NCBI RefSeq assembly: GCF_009914755.1
Contig: NC_060930.1
Origin: the human T2T-CHM13v2.0 reference genome, Homo sapiens
Direction: 5' to 3' (one strand)
Length of the DNA: 64,000 bases
Each line of letters opens with the position of its first letter. Positions within the stretch are counted from its first letter, which is position 1. The position numbers were made by a program, and so were the translations under genes. Below the pieces are notes generated by a model that saw only the letters and a program-made list of their open reading frames with translations, was not told the DNA's origin and ran no database searches. Below, piece by piece: positions 26,123 through 44,096 of the stretch.

Positions 26123-27870
26123 AGTCCACTCCTTGCCAAGATGGCACCCATATGCATCTCCTTGAACCACACTTAATCATCATATAAAGACAATAACAAA
26201 GTCATATATATTAGGCTGTTCTTGTGTTGCTGTAAAGAAATACCGGTAACTGAATAAAAGAAAAGAGGTTTAACTGGCTCACAGTTCTGCAGGCTGTACA
26301 AGCATGGCACTAACATCACTTGGCTTCTGGTGAGGCCTCAGGCAGGCAGCTTTTAATCATGATGGAAGGCAAAGTAGGAGCAGGCATTTCACAGGGCAAA
26401 AGCAGGAGCGAGAGAGAGAGGTGGGGTAGGAGAGGTGCCACATACTTTTAAATGACCAGATCTCAAGAGAACTCACTCATTATCGTGAAAACAGTACCAA
26501 GCCATGAGGGATCTGCTTCCATGACCCAAACACCTCCCATCAGGCCCCACCTCCAGCACTGAGGATTACAATTCAACATGAGATTTAGGTGGAGACAGAC
26601 ATCCAAACTATATCATCATACTTCCACCTAAAATGATACAACTACCCTATGTACAACCAAAAATACAACCTTTCCTCAGAAAAGGATGCAAAGTCCTTGG
26701 ATGATGTTTTCTCTTCTCCACATCCCATAACCTAAATGCTATAAAGTTAACACTACTTAAATACTATGACATAAAGTCAATACATCTTATATTACATGAT
26801 AGAGAGATAACAGGGGAAAGAAAACACAGATGTTTGCTACACATACACATATTCAAAACAATATGAGGAAATAGACATGACAGTTACAGTCCTCATTTCT
26901 GTAACTGGTCATGTGGTCATAGCTAGTATTCATAACTACCTTATTCCACTAACCCATTCTATATTCCCATTGCTTTCAGCAAGCATCTCAGCTGATTATA
27001 GTTCTTAACCTGCTTGGGTGGCCCAAATCTTTATTCCTGAAGTCTGGGATATTCGTAGTTCTGCTAGATTGGGTTGTTTTGTGTTTCCATTGACCGTAAT
27101 CACAGAGCATGGTAATACTAAGAGCCAGCCCTAAGGGGTCTTCCAGACATACGCTTCCTTACTTCCATTAGTAGTCCAGTTGCCCCTTGGTAATCAGGAT
27201 CAATCACTCCAGCCAACATCACAACGCCCTTTTTTGTCTGTTGACTCAAAGGCATAAGGAACCTCAAAGGGCCAGGTGGCAGTTTTGATTTCCAGTTCAA
27301 TGGAATAATTGTTCCTCCTGGTGGAAGCTGTCCTCCTTTTAAAAATAAGACCTCCAGGCCAGCAGAGTATAAGGTCATAGAAAGCAAAAATTTTGCTGAT
27401 GGGTCACTAGGGGTAAAAGCAAGCAGTGCTACTTCCATTTCCTCCCATTGATTCCTGGACCTGTGTATCCTGGCTATGGGAGAAACAGGACCATATATTG
27501 ACACTGATTCAGAGCATACCCAGCCTCCCAGAGAACCCTGCTCCAGTCCTGCAAAGTATTGCCACCTAGCTGGCACTGTAACTGACCTTCAAAAGGCCAT
27601 TCCACCACTCTATCAAGCCAGATGCTTCAGGATGGTGTGAAACATGGTAAGACCAGTGAATCTCATGAGCCTTGTTTGATCAGAAGTAATGCTTTATGGA
27701 ATACTATGATGGCAGATAAGGCATTTCATAAGTCCACAGATGGTAGTTTTGGCAGAAGCATTGTGTGCGGGGAAGGCAAATCCACATCCAAAGTGTTTAT
27801 TCCAGAAAGAACAAAATGCTGCCCCTTCTATGATAGAAGTGGTCCAATGTAATGAACTTGCCACTAGGTA
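26123..27870 (-). mobile_element. ERV-L internal fragment: integrase 3' part and dUTPase remnant
   Basis: Minus ORF 27118-27576 contains IPLNWKSKLPPG...KKGVVMLAGVIDPDYQG, a retroviral dUTPase motif typical of ERV-L pol. Adjacent to an MLT2 LTR and interrupted by an MST LTR. Confidence 0.8.
26207..26615 (+). mobile_element. MST (MSTA/B-type) MaLR solo LTR nested in the ERV-L
   Basis: Starts tatattaggctgttcttg..., ends atccaaactatatca; perfect 5-bp TSD tcata at 26202-26206 and 26616-26620. Orientation is relative to the usual consensus text only. Confidence 0.85.
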
Positions 27871-28448
27871 TGATTACATAAAAGCTGGAATCTTACGTGA
27901 TAATTTAGGGTATGTCGACTGGTAATAAAATGACACAAGAACAAACCATATTTTGAGGGAATTGACTTTTCTGTGTGCTAACATAGGAGATTCCATAGCT
28001 GGATCTCACTGGACTCTAAAGCTGTACATCATTTGGAGAAACTGCTGGGTCTACTACTCAACTGTTTGGTGCTGAGCTTAAGGTCTTAAGACAGGTGTTA
28101 CTTGAGCATTAGCCCAAGCAGATCTGTAGGTCATTTGACAGCGTGTAGACACATGGGCATTTCCAAGCACTAGAGCAGGTGTAAAGTAATAAGCAGAAAA
28201 GTCTGGGCCACAGAGTGAGAAATGTCCTAAAAAGTGGACAGTTTTAATGTGGTTCAATCTTTTTTTACTAAAAATATTTAATACAACAGCTACTTTTTTT
28301 CCCTTCAATTTTCAAAGTCCTTTGAACCTTTTGTCTAAATAACCTTGGTTTTATTACAGACAGGAATATCTTTATGGCATAATAACCTCTACCAGTACAT
28401 ATGGTGGTGTTGGAGTACATGTATCAGAGGATGCTGAGGAACAAATTC

Positions 28449-28745
28449 TTTTTTTTTTTTTTTTTTTTAGACAGGGTCTCGCTCTGTCACCCAGTCTGGA
28501 GTGCAGTGGCGTGATCTCACTGCAACCTCTGCCTCCTGGCTCAAGCCATCCTCCCACCTCAGCCTCCCAAATAGCTGGGATCACAGGTGTGTGCCACCAG
28601 GCCCAGCTAATTTTTGTTATTTTTTTGTAGAGACAGGGTTTCACCATGTTGCCCAGCCAGGTCTCAAACTCCTGGGCTCAAGCAATCTGCCCACCTCAGC
28701 CTCCCAAAGTGCTGGGATTACAGGCATGAGCCACTGCACCTGGCC
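28449..28745 (-). mobile_element. Alu (AluJ-like)
   Basis: Poly-T followed by a full antisense Alu dimer. Confidence 0.9.
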
Positions 28746-29214
28746 AAATTATTCTTTTAGTCAGTTTTTTAATCAAGAAGATTTCTAGTTTTCAGAGGAA
28801 ATCCTGAATGTTATTAGCCATCCATACACCTTTCCCATATATGTACGCCATGAAAGTCAAGTGTTCAGTTTTATGGGAATGTAAATCTGGTGCCTTTCAC
28901 TACATTGAATTCATAGTTGGAGTTTCGTATTTCAAATAAGTAATTAAAACCCGTTGAAATTAAATATCAACTTTCAATTGCCATAATTCAAAATAAATTA
29001 TCTCATATATTTGAAAAACAGACAAGAAAAAGATGGAAAGAATAGAGTTTGCAAAAGGGATAATTCTGAAAGTAATAAATTAAAATGACTTTCAAAATAG
29101 ATGGGAAATTAACAGAAAATAAAACTGCCTTTAAAAACATTGCCTACTTTATAAAATTTGGATTTTAATAGCCTTGCCTTATACTGGAGACAGGCCAAGC
29201 TGTGGATAATCACC

Positions 29215-29760
29215 AGTATTTGTCAAACAATTATTTATTGAGTACCTACTATGTGCCAGACACTATTCTAAGTCCTGGCAATATAGCAGTGCCAAGACAA
29301 AAGTCCTTGTGCTTGAGGAGCTTAAAATTATAGAGGAGTGGACACAAACGAAAACATGTCAAATAGTTATAAGTGCTATAAATAAAAATATAGCAAGTTA
29401 CAAGGGCTAGTGATTGATGAGGAGAGGGGAATATGCTGTTTTATTTTGGGTGGTCAATAAAGGCCTCTGTGCATAGGCAATATTTGAGCAGACACCTGAA
29501 AAAAGTGAGACCTGGAGTGGTGAAGATATATGGGGAAGAGCACTTTAAGCGGAGCATTTCAGCAAGGAGCATAGTACAGAGAGCTGGGGGTGGGGATAGG
29601 GGTAGGGGAAGGAGCTGTGGACATAAGTTTTACAGGTAGCAAAGATAAAGGGCTTTGGTTTTTATTCGGAAGGGTTTTAGGCACAGAAATGACATAATCT
29701 GACTATGTTTTAAAAGGAGCACTAGATTGTAAGGAAACAAGGAAGAAGCAAAGAGATTGG
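29215..29760 (-). mobile_element. L2 fragment
   Basis: caaacaattatttattgagtacctactatgtgccagacact, a typical antisense L2 3' end, followed by degenerate L2 body. Confidence 0.65.
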
Positions 29761-30594
29761 ATGTAATAACTCAACAGTAGTTCTCATTTCATAGTATTTC
29801 ATTCTGAGATTGACCTACCCTGTATGTTTCTGGGGAATGCTAATACTAATCAAAGCACTTTCCTTTCAAACATTAAGGTATTTTGGTTTCTACATTTCTA
29901 AAATTTATATACAAACATAATACCATCACTTATAGTGATAATTTATAGCACTGGACTAGTGTATAGTCCAATACACTAAATGTAGTGACAAAAATTAATT
30001 CATAAAGATAAAATACAAACACCAATGAGACACATGGTATTAACAACTAATTTTAATTATACTAAGTATGTAGTATCCCAGCATGTGAAAGTTTTTTTTT
30101 CCCCACTATTACCAAAATAATTTATATGGTTTGTACTGCTTAGGTCACTTTGGAAACCTGGGGTACTTGTTAAAAATGTAGTTTTCTGGGTTCTTTGTAG
30201 TATCAGAATCTCCAGGCGTTTGTGGACTGGAAATTTACATTTTAAACAAGCTTCCACATGGTTCTTACACATACATGTTTGTATCAGTGACTCTCACTGT
30301 AAAGGAAGAGTATTTTAGTGACTTGACTATTTTAAAGCTAGGTTCCACTATTTGAATACTAAGTAAAAACAAGGAAGATCATATCTTATTACTTTATCTC
30401 AAATCCATTTTTGAAGAGGGATTTGAATAAAAGAAAATTAAAGTTTTATTGCTCTGCCATAATTCTAAGAAAAACTGAGCTAAACTATAATAAAAATTGC
30501 AGAAGGATATGCTTTGTTAATTAGGTGACAATAAAAAAGCATTAGAATGAGACCTTTACACTGAGAATGACCTCAGAAAGCTTTTGGAACAATT

Positions 30595-31231
30595 TTTATT
30601 TTTTTATTATTATTATACTTTTAAGTTTTAGGGTACATGTGTACAACGTGCAGGTTTGTTACATATGTATACATGTGCCATGTTGGTGTGCTGCACTCAT
30701 TAACTTGTCATTTAACATTAGGTATATCTCCTAATGCTATCCCTCCCCCCTCCCCCCACCCCACAACAGGCCCCAAAGTGTGATGTTCCCCTTCCTGTGT
30801 CCATGTGTTCTCATTGTTCAATTCCCACCTATGAGTGAGAACATGCGGTGTTTGGTTTTTTGTCCTTGTGATAGTTTGCTGAGAATGATGGTTTCCAGCT
30901 TCATCCATATCCCTACAAAGGACATGAACTCATCATTTTTTATGGCTGCATAGTATTCCATGGTGTATATGTGCCACATTTTCTTAATCCAGTCTATCAC
31001 TGCTGGACATTTGGGTTGGTTCCAAGTCTTTGCTATTGTGAATAGTGCCGCAATAAGCATACGTGTGCATGTGTCTTTGTAGCAGCATGATTTATAATCC
31101 TTTGGGTATATACCCAGTAATGGGATGGCTGGGTCAAATGGTATTTCTAGTTCTAGATCCCTGAGGAATCACCACACTGACTTCCACAATGGCTGAACTA
31201 GTTTACAGTCTCGCCAACAGTGTAAAAGTGT
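30595..31231 (-). mobile_element. 5'-truncated L1PA (about L1PA4-5) 3' end
   Basis: Antisense L1PA 3' UTR and ORF2 C-terminus (TWNQPKCP...MEYYAAIKNDEFMSF); degenerate TSD tggaacaa(t/c)ttt at 30585 and 31231. Confidence 0.93.
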
Positions 31232-34200
31232 GGAACAACTTTCTTAGTTTACAGATGAGGAAGTTGAGATGCAAAGTTAAATAGTCAAAAGGTAGCACAG
31301 TTGATTATGGATTCCTCATGACTCTTGTTTCAGAAATATTTCTATTAGTTTATCCTATTTTTTATTTCCCATGGAATTAGGTGATTATTTGGGAAAATCT
31401 TACAGTGAGGATCTTTCTAAAAATTCTGAACCTAAACCAGTGTATTCAATATTATACTTATTTTTTTAAAATTAAGAGGTTATTTTGTTTTATATTAAGA
31501 TATTTTGGCTACTTACAGAAAGCTGAAATATTTGTAGTACATTGTAGTACCTTGGGTATTATTATTCAGAATTATTTGTTCCCAAAACCTTTGGATGTGA
31601 CTTACAATAGTTCCCTATAGGAAGAGTAGCTTTGCTGACCAATGACTGGGTTTAGCCACATGACTTGCTTGGTCAACACAATGCAAACAGACTTGATGAG
31701 CTTTTCAATGCATTTCCCAGTGCTGCCAGTTCTCTTGCTTTAGTGCCCTCTGCCACTACAAGGGCATAGCCCAGGTAGGACCTTCTCTTTCAGCCCAGGG
31801 CCTGAATAGAGTAAACCTGAACCTGAATCACATCCTGAAGTGCAGCCAGAGCAATTAACCCACAGTAGCCAACAAGCCACACAATGAAAAATATATGTTG
31901 TTGAAAGCTACTGAAACAGTTGAGGTAGTTTGTTACCCATTGTACTCTAATAAAAGCTAATACATATATGCTCCCAAATCTGGATTAAAAGTCTGGTACC
32001 TGAAACAGAAAGATTATCAAAAGTAAAAATTCTGAGGTTTTTCTGACCAAGAATCTTTGTTATAAAAATGGGTAAATATCTTATTAATGTGCCTGCAAAT
32101 ACATTAGTGATAGAATGTTTTTATACAGTTTAGAACTTGGTATATGATAGGTACATATTTGAATTATGGTCATTTTTGTTTGGAAAATAGGTGTAATGAA
32201 TCTACATGACAATTTCATAATGTAAAATTGCACCAACATGCACAAAGGAAATGCCACAATTTATCTGGGGATATAATTTTCAAAGCCATGGAAATACAGG
32301 GAAACTCTTTAAAAACTTATAATCCCATAAACATACAATGCTCTTGTCAATGTATATGATTTATGTCAGATTTACATCAGCAAAATAATTTGCTTCTTAT
32401 AAAATTTTTCAAAGCTTTTCTTAATATGCTTAATTTTCTTACATGATTATTGAATGTTTAGAAAATTTCTTTTAATTGTATTCTTATAATGTATTCGATG
32501 GCAAATAGGAATTTCATAGATTTTGAAGGACCATTTAACTACACATAATACCACCTCTGAGGGAAAGCCAGCTATAGCTTATTATGCCTATTTTTCAGAA
32601 ATTATGGGATCAATGTTTAATAACTTTATCTGGCAGAGGGGACCTGGAGCCAGTTCATATCATCTCAAAAGAGCAAAGTATGTGCGTCTCATTCCAACTC
32701 AGCATTAAGTGACTTCACATTGATAGCTTGAAATCAGACAGATGGGAGTATTACATGACAAAAATTGGGAAGCACTACAAACTGGAGCTTTTTTCTCCCA
32801 AGAGTTGGTAGCTAACCACTTATCAGTGTACCACTAGGCTTAAGAAATTCACCTTCTTTGGCACTTGGTATTTTAATGTTTAAAATATTTTTTTAATCGC
32901 CCAGATGGTTTATGAGGCGAGATTTAAGGCTACGGAGAACTGAGGCTAGTGGCTTGCTACACAGGTTTAGAAGGGCTGAAGGCACCGAGGAATGTGGCCT
33001 GATGATGCTCCAGGAGCACTTTCCATTCATACTCTAGGCCCTGGTAAAATGGATGCACCTAGAGCAGGAAATGAATAAGACTCTTGATTTTGCAAGGAAT
33101 CTGTATAGATTGTAAAGCGGAAGGCACTTTGAAAGACAAAGGCAGAACCGTCCTCAATCTAAGTGTTTCTCTTTTCTGTGCACATGTCCAGACATACCCT
33201 GCTGACAGTGAGGATAACATATGATAGGGACACACATTGTAAATTCTTTCAATTTGACAAATATTTCTGATTATTAGGACTTAAGAACGTTTATTTTAGG
33301 TTTTACTGGATGGAGTTATTTTATGACTTTCAAATGAAGTTACTAGGGCTTCAACAATATTGACTCTATGCGGGTTATCTGTCAGCAAAAAACATATCAA
33401 GTAAGAAGAATGGTGTGTCAGAATTTATGTTAGTATTAACAGTTCTCTTGCCTTGGTTGTTGTAATCTTAGCAGCAATTTATAAATATGCTATAGAAATA
33501 TAACTTCCCACTAAAAAAAAGTTTAACAAAATTAGCATATATTTACTGGAGAAGAAATAAGTAATTGTAGGTGTGTATATATATATATACGTGTATATAT
33601 ATATGTATGACTATACATATAATAGGGTTCACATTTAAAGTATTTATTTGTAAAGAAATGATTCTCATGATAAACTACCCCTTTTCCTTCATTCTCAGAC
33701 TTTAGCAAAACAGATGCTAGCAGTGAATTTTTACTATACTTTTTAAAAAAAGTTACATATTAAACAATTTAAAAAGTCACTTATCAGAAGTTAATCTAAA
33801 ATTTCTACTTTTTTCTATTACTATACAATGGATGGTTAAAATAGTTTATGGACCAGCACAACATAATAAATATTAATTAAAGCAACTTGACAGTTAAATC
33901 CTATATACAGATATTCATATTAAAATCATCAGCTGGAACAGCAGGCCCTTACGGTATTCCCAATTACTAGACTATGAGTTGTATTTCACAGAATTTTATG
34001 ATACTAAAAGTAAATGAATATTCTAAAAATCTAATACATTAATAAAAATTGGACTTAGAAATTAAGGGTCAAAATAAAAAGCAGTCATGCTCAAAAATAT
34101 TTTTAAAATCACATCACCAAAGTATCAGTAACTTCCAAGGATTCTTCTTAATAAGAAATACTTTTAAAAGAAACAAAATTACAATGCATAATCTTTAACG

Positions 34201-34800
34201 AGAAGGTTAAAAGTGACCTTAGTGAATACTTTTCATAATACATCCTATAGTGCTGTTAGTGGCATTTTCCAAACTGTGCTCTGAAAAACTAATTTCTAAG
34301 AGAAGTTGATAGATATTCACAGAAGTCTGGGAAACAGTACAAATCTTAACTCACCTTCACAGTGTCCATTAGCCTTTTAAAGTCCCTGAAGTTTAGCAGT
34401 AAAGAAACCTAAATGTCTTGATACATAACCATTTTGGGAAATTGCTCTGTGGTTGTTTATATGCCTTTTCTATACCCAGCACCCTTACCTCAACTGTGCC
34501 TAGCTCAAAGCTATCAATGTATTATTGTTGTCAATATATATCGATTAAACAGATGGACGGGTGTTTTACCTTGTGTCATTCATTCCATCCTAGCTCACCA
34601 AAAGTAGTTTGGGCCTAAGAACTGTGGAACAACTGAAGAACTATAGTAATGAAGGGATTGGTTTCTACAAAAGGCAAATACATGATACTTTATGAGTAAA
34701 AGGAGGAAAACACTGTATCAAATTTTGGTTTAAGTAGCAAATCAAACTTTTAAGTAAATCTTAATTTGGAGGAATTATTGAGAAGGCAGAAATAAATAAC

Positions 34801-34872
34801 AGAGTGTAGTTGCAGACTCCTGTAATCTCAGGGTTTAGAGTGTAGTTGCAGACTCCTGTAATCTCAGGGTTT
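34801..34872 (+). repeat. Perfect 36-bp tandem duplication
   Basis: agagtgtagttgcagactcctgtaatctcagggttt x2 (34801-34836, 34837-34872). Confidence 0.95.
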
Positions 34873-34922
34873 AAAATGCACCCAAGTTGATGTCATTTTA
34901 TAGCATGTGGATGGATTGTTAA

Positions 34923-36770
<1,848 letters not shown>

Positions 36771-37709
36771 AAGAGTTCTGTACACAGGCGGATGGCTCCT
36801 CATCTAGGCTGGTAATTTCACAGGGGCTGTGACGCAAACCTATTTACCCAAACCTTCCATTATATTCAGCAGTGCCCTGAAATGATCAATTTTGAAAGTG
36901 AACTAATGAGATACTCAAACTTATTTTATTACTCTAAAGTACAGAATACAAACAACAGAAATCATTAGATATTGAACAGCATTTTTATGTAAATAAAATT
37001 AAAATATCTCAGTCGTCTGTACAGACAACTTCATTTGTAACAGAGACTTGTTTTATCTTTAGTGTATTCTACTCTATTTATCTGATACGACTATTTTGCT
37101 TTTAAATGTTTTCCTTAAAATTTTTATAACTAATACTTCACTAATTACTTTACCAAATACATAGATTAAAATATCCCTAAATGTCAATTTTAGCAGGACT
37201 ACCTTTTTCCTTTCAAAATGTAGTCAAATATACCTTTAACAGTATTCATATGCACAAAATTTAAGCCAAATATTCAAGCTTACAGGCAAAGATCTTGAGC
37301 ACACTTACTGCTGTGCCAAAGGAATAATCTTGGCCCCATCCCTACTTATAAAAAATATATAATAAATCATGATCTTTGATTAAAGCAAATGACTCTTAAC
37401 AGAATGTGAGCTATTGCCAAAAAAATGATTCTAACAGTTATGGTTTTACACTCACAGCCTAGGTTTCTAGTAGTATGTTGTCAAAAAAAGCAAATGAGGT
37501 GATGATTGGCAGTTAATGGTCATTGACAAGATTTTAAGGGTAGTTAAAAAAGTTTCTCTGAAGTATCAATATCAAATGTGCTAAAAGGAGAAAAGTAGAT
37601 GCAGCACTGATGTGTCAAAAATGACTTTGAAAATGTAAATTCCTGTGTCTGTAATAGGTATCCTTTAATAGCTGAAAGTAACAAATGAAAAGCCAAACAT
37701 TCACTATTA

Positions 37710-38063
<354 letters not shown>

Positions 38064-38631
38064 TTACTGACTCTTTGATTAGTATCATTACACTTCACAT
38101 ATGAGTTTTAGTCTTCAGTTAATTCCTGGGAAATGCCAAAAATAAAAATACTGCCACAGAGAAATTAGTTTTTCTCTGCTACATATTGGCTCAAAAGTAA
38201 GCACCTGAATATTAATTGTCTACATTTTGTATTTTTAAGATCTTATTTCAAAACAATTTACATTGAGAGTATTATTTATGCTCTTAAACAGGATCAGGGA
38301 TATCTTTATTTCTAGACTCTGGGAAGATAATTTACCTGAGCAAAATGCAAAGATAAATAATTATACAAAAATTTAAGTCAGTTGTCAAAGCTAACAATGC
38401 ATCACCTGGCTTCAAAATTTAACAAACAAAGAGTCTACATAAATATCTTTCTTGTCTACACATCTTTCTTGTTATGGTAAACATTTTGTTTTTTCTAACA
38501 AAACACTGCTCTTCATTTTAAAATCTAAATGGCAAAATGAGAATGATAACAGCGAATTAACAGGTTTGAATGTGGTTTATAAAATTAGGAATGGGCAAAC
38601 ATGGATTAACTGACTCGAAAATACTCTGGAA

Positions 38632-41083
<2,452 letters not shown>

Positions 41084-41139
41084 CCCTAGAGCCAGAAGCT
41101 ACCCTGAACACCTAAAAGCACAGGTTTAATGCAATGCTT

Positions 41140-41345
41140 CAGAAGCCAGATGGCCTGGGTTTATATGTTGGCTCTGCCACTAGCAGCTGTATGATCATAA
41201 ATAAATTCTTCAATCTTTCTTTGCCTCAGTTTCCTCATCTGTAAATGGGGGTAAGTAATGGCATTTATCTTACAGGGTTGTTGTGAGAATTGAATTAGTC
41301 AATGCAAAGCACAAGAAACAGTGCCAGGCACAAAGGAAGCATTCT
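41140..41345. mobile_element. MIR
   Basis: gcctcagtttcctcatctgtaaatgggg MIR core. Confidence 0.75.
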
Positions 41346-41556
41346 CCTCATGTGACTACTGAACACTTGACATACATCGTTTTGTTAAAAAAATGAATTA
41401 ATTCTGCTACTCAGAAAGTAGACAGAAAATATTTTGTGGCATGAAAAGGCACAGCTGTTTTGAACACAAAACTAATATTAACTGTAGTATAACAAAATTC
41501 ATTGTCCTGTTAAGTGCAAAATCGTTATATTCCAGCATCCACACACCCTAGCAAGA

Positions 41557-41750
41557 TATATATCTCTCTCTATATAATATATATAATTATATATATGTAT
41601 ATAATATATACATGTACATTACATATAATATAAATGTAATATATAATTATATAATATATAATATATACATGTATATATTAAAAATCATAAATGTGGATAT
41701 ATATTATCTATAATATGTATATATAATGTGTATATATAATATATATCTCC
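41557..41750. repeat. (TA)n-rich low-complexity tract
   Basis: Degenerate TATATAA/ATAT repeats. Confidence 0.9.
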
Positions 41751-41949
41751 ACATTTATGTTTTTTTATATAATTCAGAAACCTCAAAACTTTACCTTTCA
41801 CAAAATGTTAAGGCATCTGCTTCTAACAGTTGGAAAGCTTTTTTTATTTAGTAGTTTACCTCTTATTCTTGATTATACCCAAATTTTTATATTGGCATTA
41901 TCCAGTAGTGAAATAGACAAAAATATCAGAAGAAAAGTGGAAACACTAC

Positions 41950-42120
41950 AATTTTTTTTAAGAGAAAGGGACTTGCTATATTGCCCAGGTTGGAGTGCAG
42001 TGGCTGCTCACAGGTGCAATCATAAGTACACTAGAGTCTCAAAATCCCATCTCAAGTAATCCTCCTGCCTCCACCTCCTGTGTCGCTAGGACTACAAGTG
42101 TGTGCCACCACACCTGGCTA
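41950..42120 (-). mobile_element. Partial Alu (right arm/FRAM-like)
   Basis: Antisense Alu arm: ttgcccaggttggagtgcagtgg...gccaccacacctggcta. Confidence 0.8.
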
Positions 42121-42646
42121 GAAAAACTAAAAATTTTCCAGTTGAACAGTTAATCCAGAGAAATAACCAAACAGCTGGAAAAGCATGTCTCATTCTCCAA
42201 CTAGCTCTGACCATTTTGTACATACCAAACAAAACACTTGCCAGGTCACAGGCTTAATAAGACATCCTTACATGAAGGTGTAAAAAATTAACTTTTTTTT
42301 TTGCATAAATGCCACGATACTTTATTGCTCAGTGTTCCTTTGAAAATAAGTTAGCATGATTCCATGTTATTCTTTTATCAATCATATTATTGACTAAAGC
42401 ATATCACTGATTAACATAAGGTAAAAATAATATCCACTCATATTCTTGAAGAGAAGTGCTTGCAGTATTTTATGAAAACATTTGTGCACATTTTTACTTG
42501 ATTTAATGGACAATTTCATATTTTTCTTTAAAATCTACAAATGTCTTAATTCTTACCATTAAAACAACTAAAAACAAAACCCAAAACCAATCCCAAAATT
42601 AAACCCCAACAAAGCACATTAATTTTAATACAGAACATATATTAAG

Positions 42647-42814
<168 letters not shown>

Positions 42815-43783
42815 TTAAGGGAAACAAAACAAAACAAAACAAAACACCTTAAGTATAACATTTATATAATGTGCTAACAATGAATCCATCCATGATTTAT
42901 TGTTTGTAATGAACTTAAAATAACCCTTTACAAATTAAAATCATTTTTTCAAACATGACTTCATATTGAAATGGTTCTGTTAAAAAAGTAAAAGTTGAAT
43001 TTTCCAGCCAATTTAGCATCTAGGACCTGAATCTTGCCAATATCCTACCCACTATCTTCATTCCTACCTCCTACCCCTTCAAATCAGCTCCTCCAGACTT
43101 TCCTATTTCTGTCACCCCAGTTCAAAATGGTTTTCACCATGCATTTGATGTAAAATGTGCAAGTGCGATATGACTTCACAAAGTATCAATTGTGTGGACA
43201 ATGATAACTACTGTGACACTGCTAGCACCCCTGGCTAAAAGTAAGAAGCAACAAAATTACACAGGGTTCCTTTCTGATGAATGCAGCAAGGATTCAAGAA
43301 ATCCCAGAGCTGGAAAAGATTTTCAATAGATCTGCCTGGGGTAGAACTATTCCTAAACGCTAGAATTATCAGGGATAAAGATTTCACGATATTCCTTAAT
43401 CAAGAATTTTAATTAAGAAACTTAAAAAAAACTAGCTTGAATTCATTATACAAATGAATTAATTTCTTCTCTCCTTAATAAAAATAGAGAGCGCAGCTCA
43501 TGTAAATTCTCACTCTTACAAGTAGACCAAGAATTAATGGTTATAGTTTTTTACAGTTTCAACTATAAAATTGTTATTGTCCTCACTATTTTATTAAAGT
43601 ACATATATAATTATTCCCTATATTAACTGATCTATCTTGCATTTCCTATCAAACCAAGCCATCTTATCAGGATAAAATTTTTATTGTATCCAAAAATTTT
43701 CTTTTTCCTAACAAAAAGTCTGAGATTGGCTTTTCTGTCAAGGAAACAGACATTTAAAACAAATTTATATATTGTAACCTTAC

Positions 43784-44096
43784 CTAATATGTCCAGCTGC
43801 TGTAACCTGGTACAATTACATGCCAATTCATCAATGTCTGTGTCACACACAGATCTATTAGCTGTAAGAAAGAGTTTTTGCAAGTTTGGGAGCTGGTGTG
43901 CCAGTCTGGTGAAGCACCCGGTGCTGCTCTGCAGAGTTGGGCACCAGCCAAGGTCAAGCTCCTCCAGTAGTGGACACCCAGAAGCCAGTTCTGCTATTCC
44001 ATTCTCAGTAATATTCTTACATCTCCACAGATCCAGGGTCCGGAGTTTTTTACACTTGGCTCCTATCATGCTAGCTATCACATCATAGTCTTCAAT
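43784..44096 (-). CDS. FBXL4: FBXL4 penultimate coding exon, 313 nt ([26 protein letters not shown]...RLQQLDILG)
   Basis: Acceptor ttgatttccag|, donor G|gtaagg; cysteine-containing LRRs ([27 protein letters not shown]). Confidence 0.96.

Noticed and set aside
42293-42302. T-run (A-run on the FBXL4 strand) as proof of a proximal 3' end
   Set aside because: It is genomic and can cause oligo-dT internal priming. The AATAAA at 42321-42326 is suggestive only.
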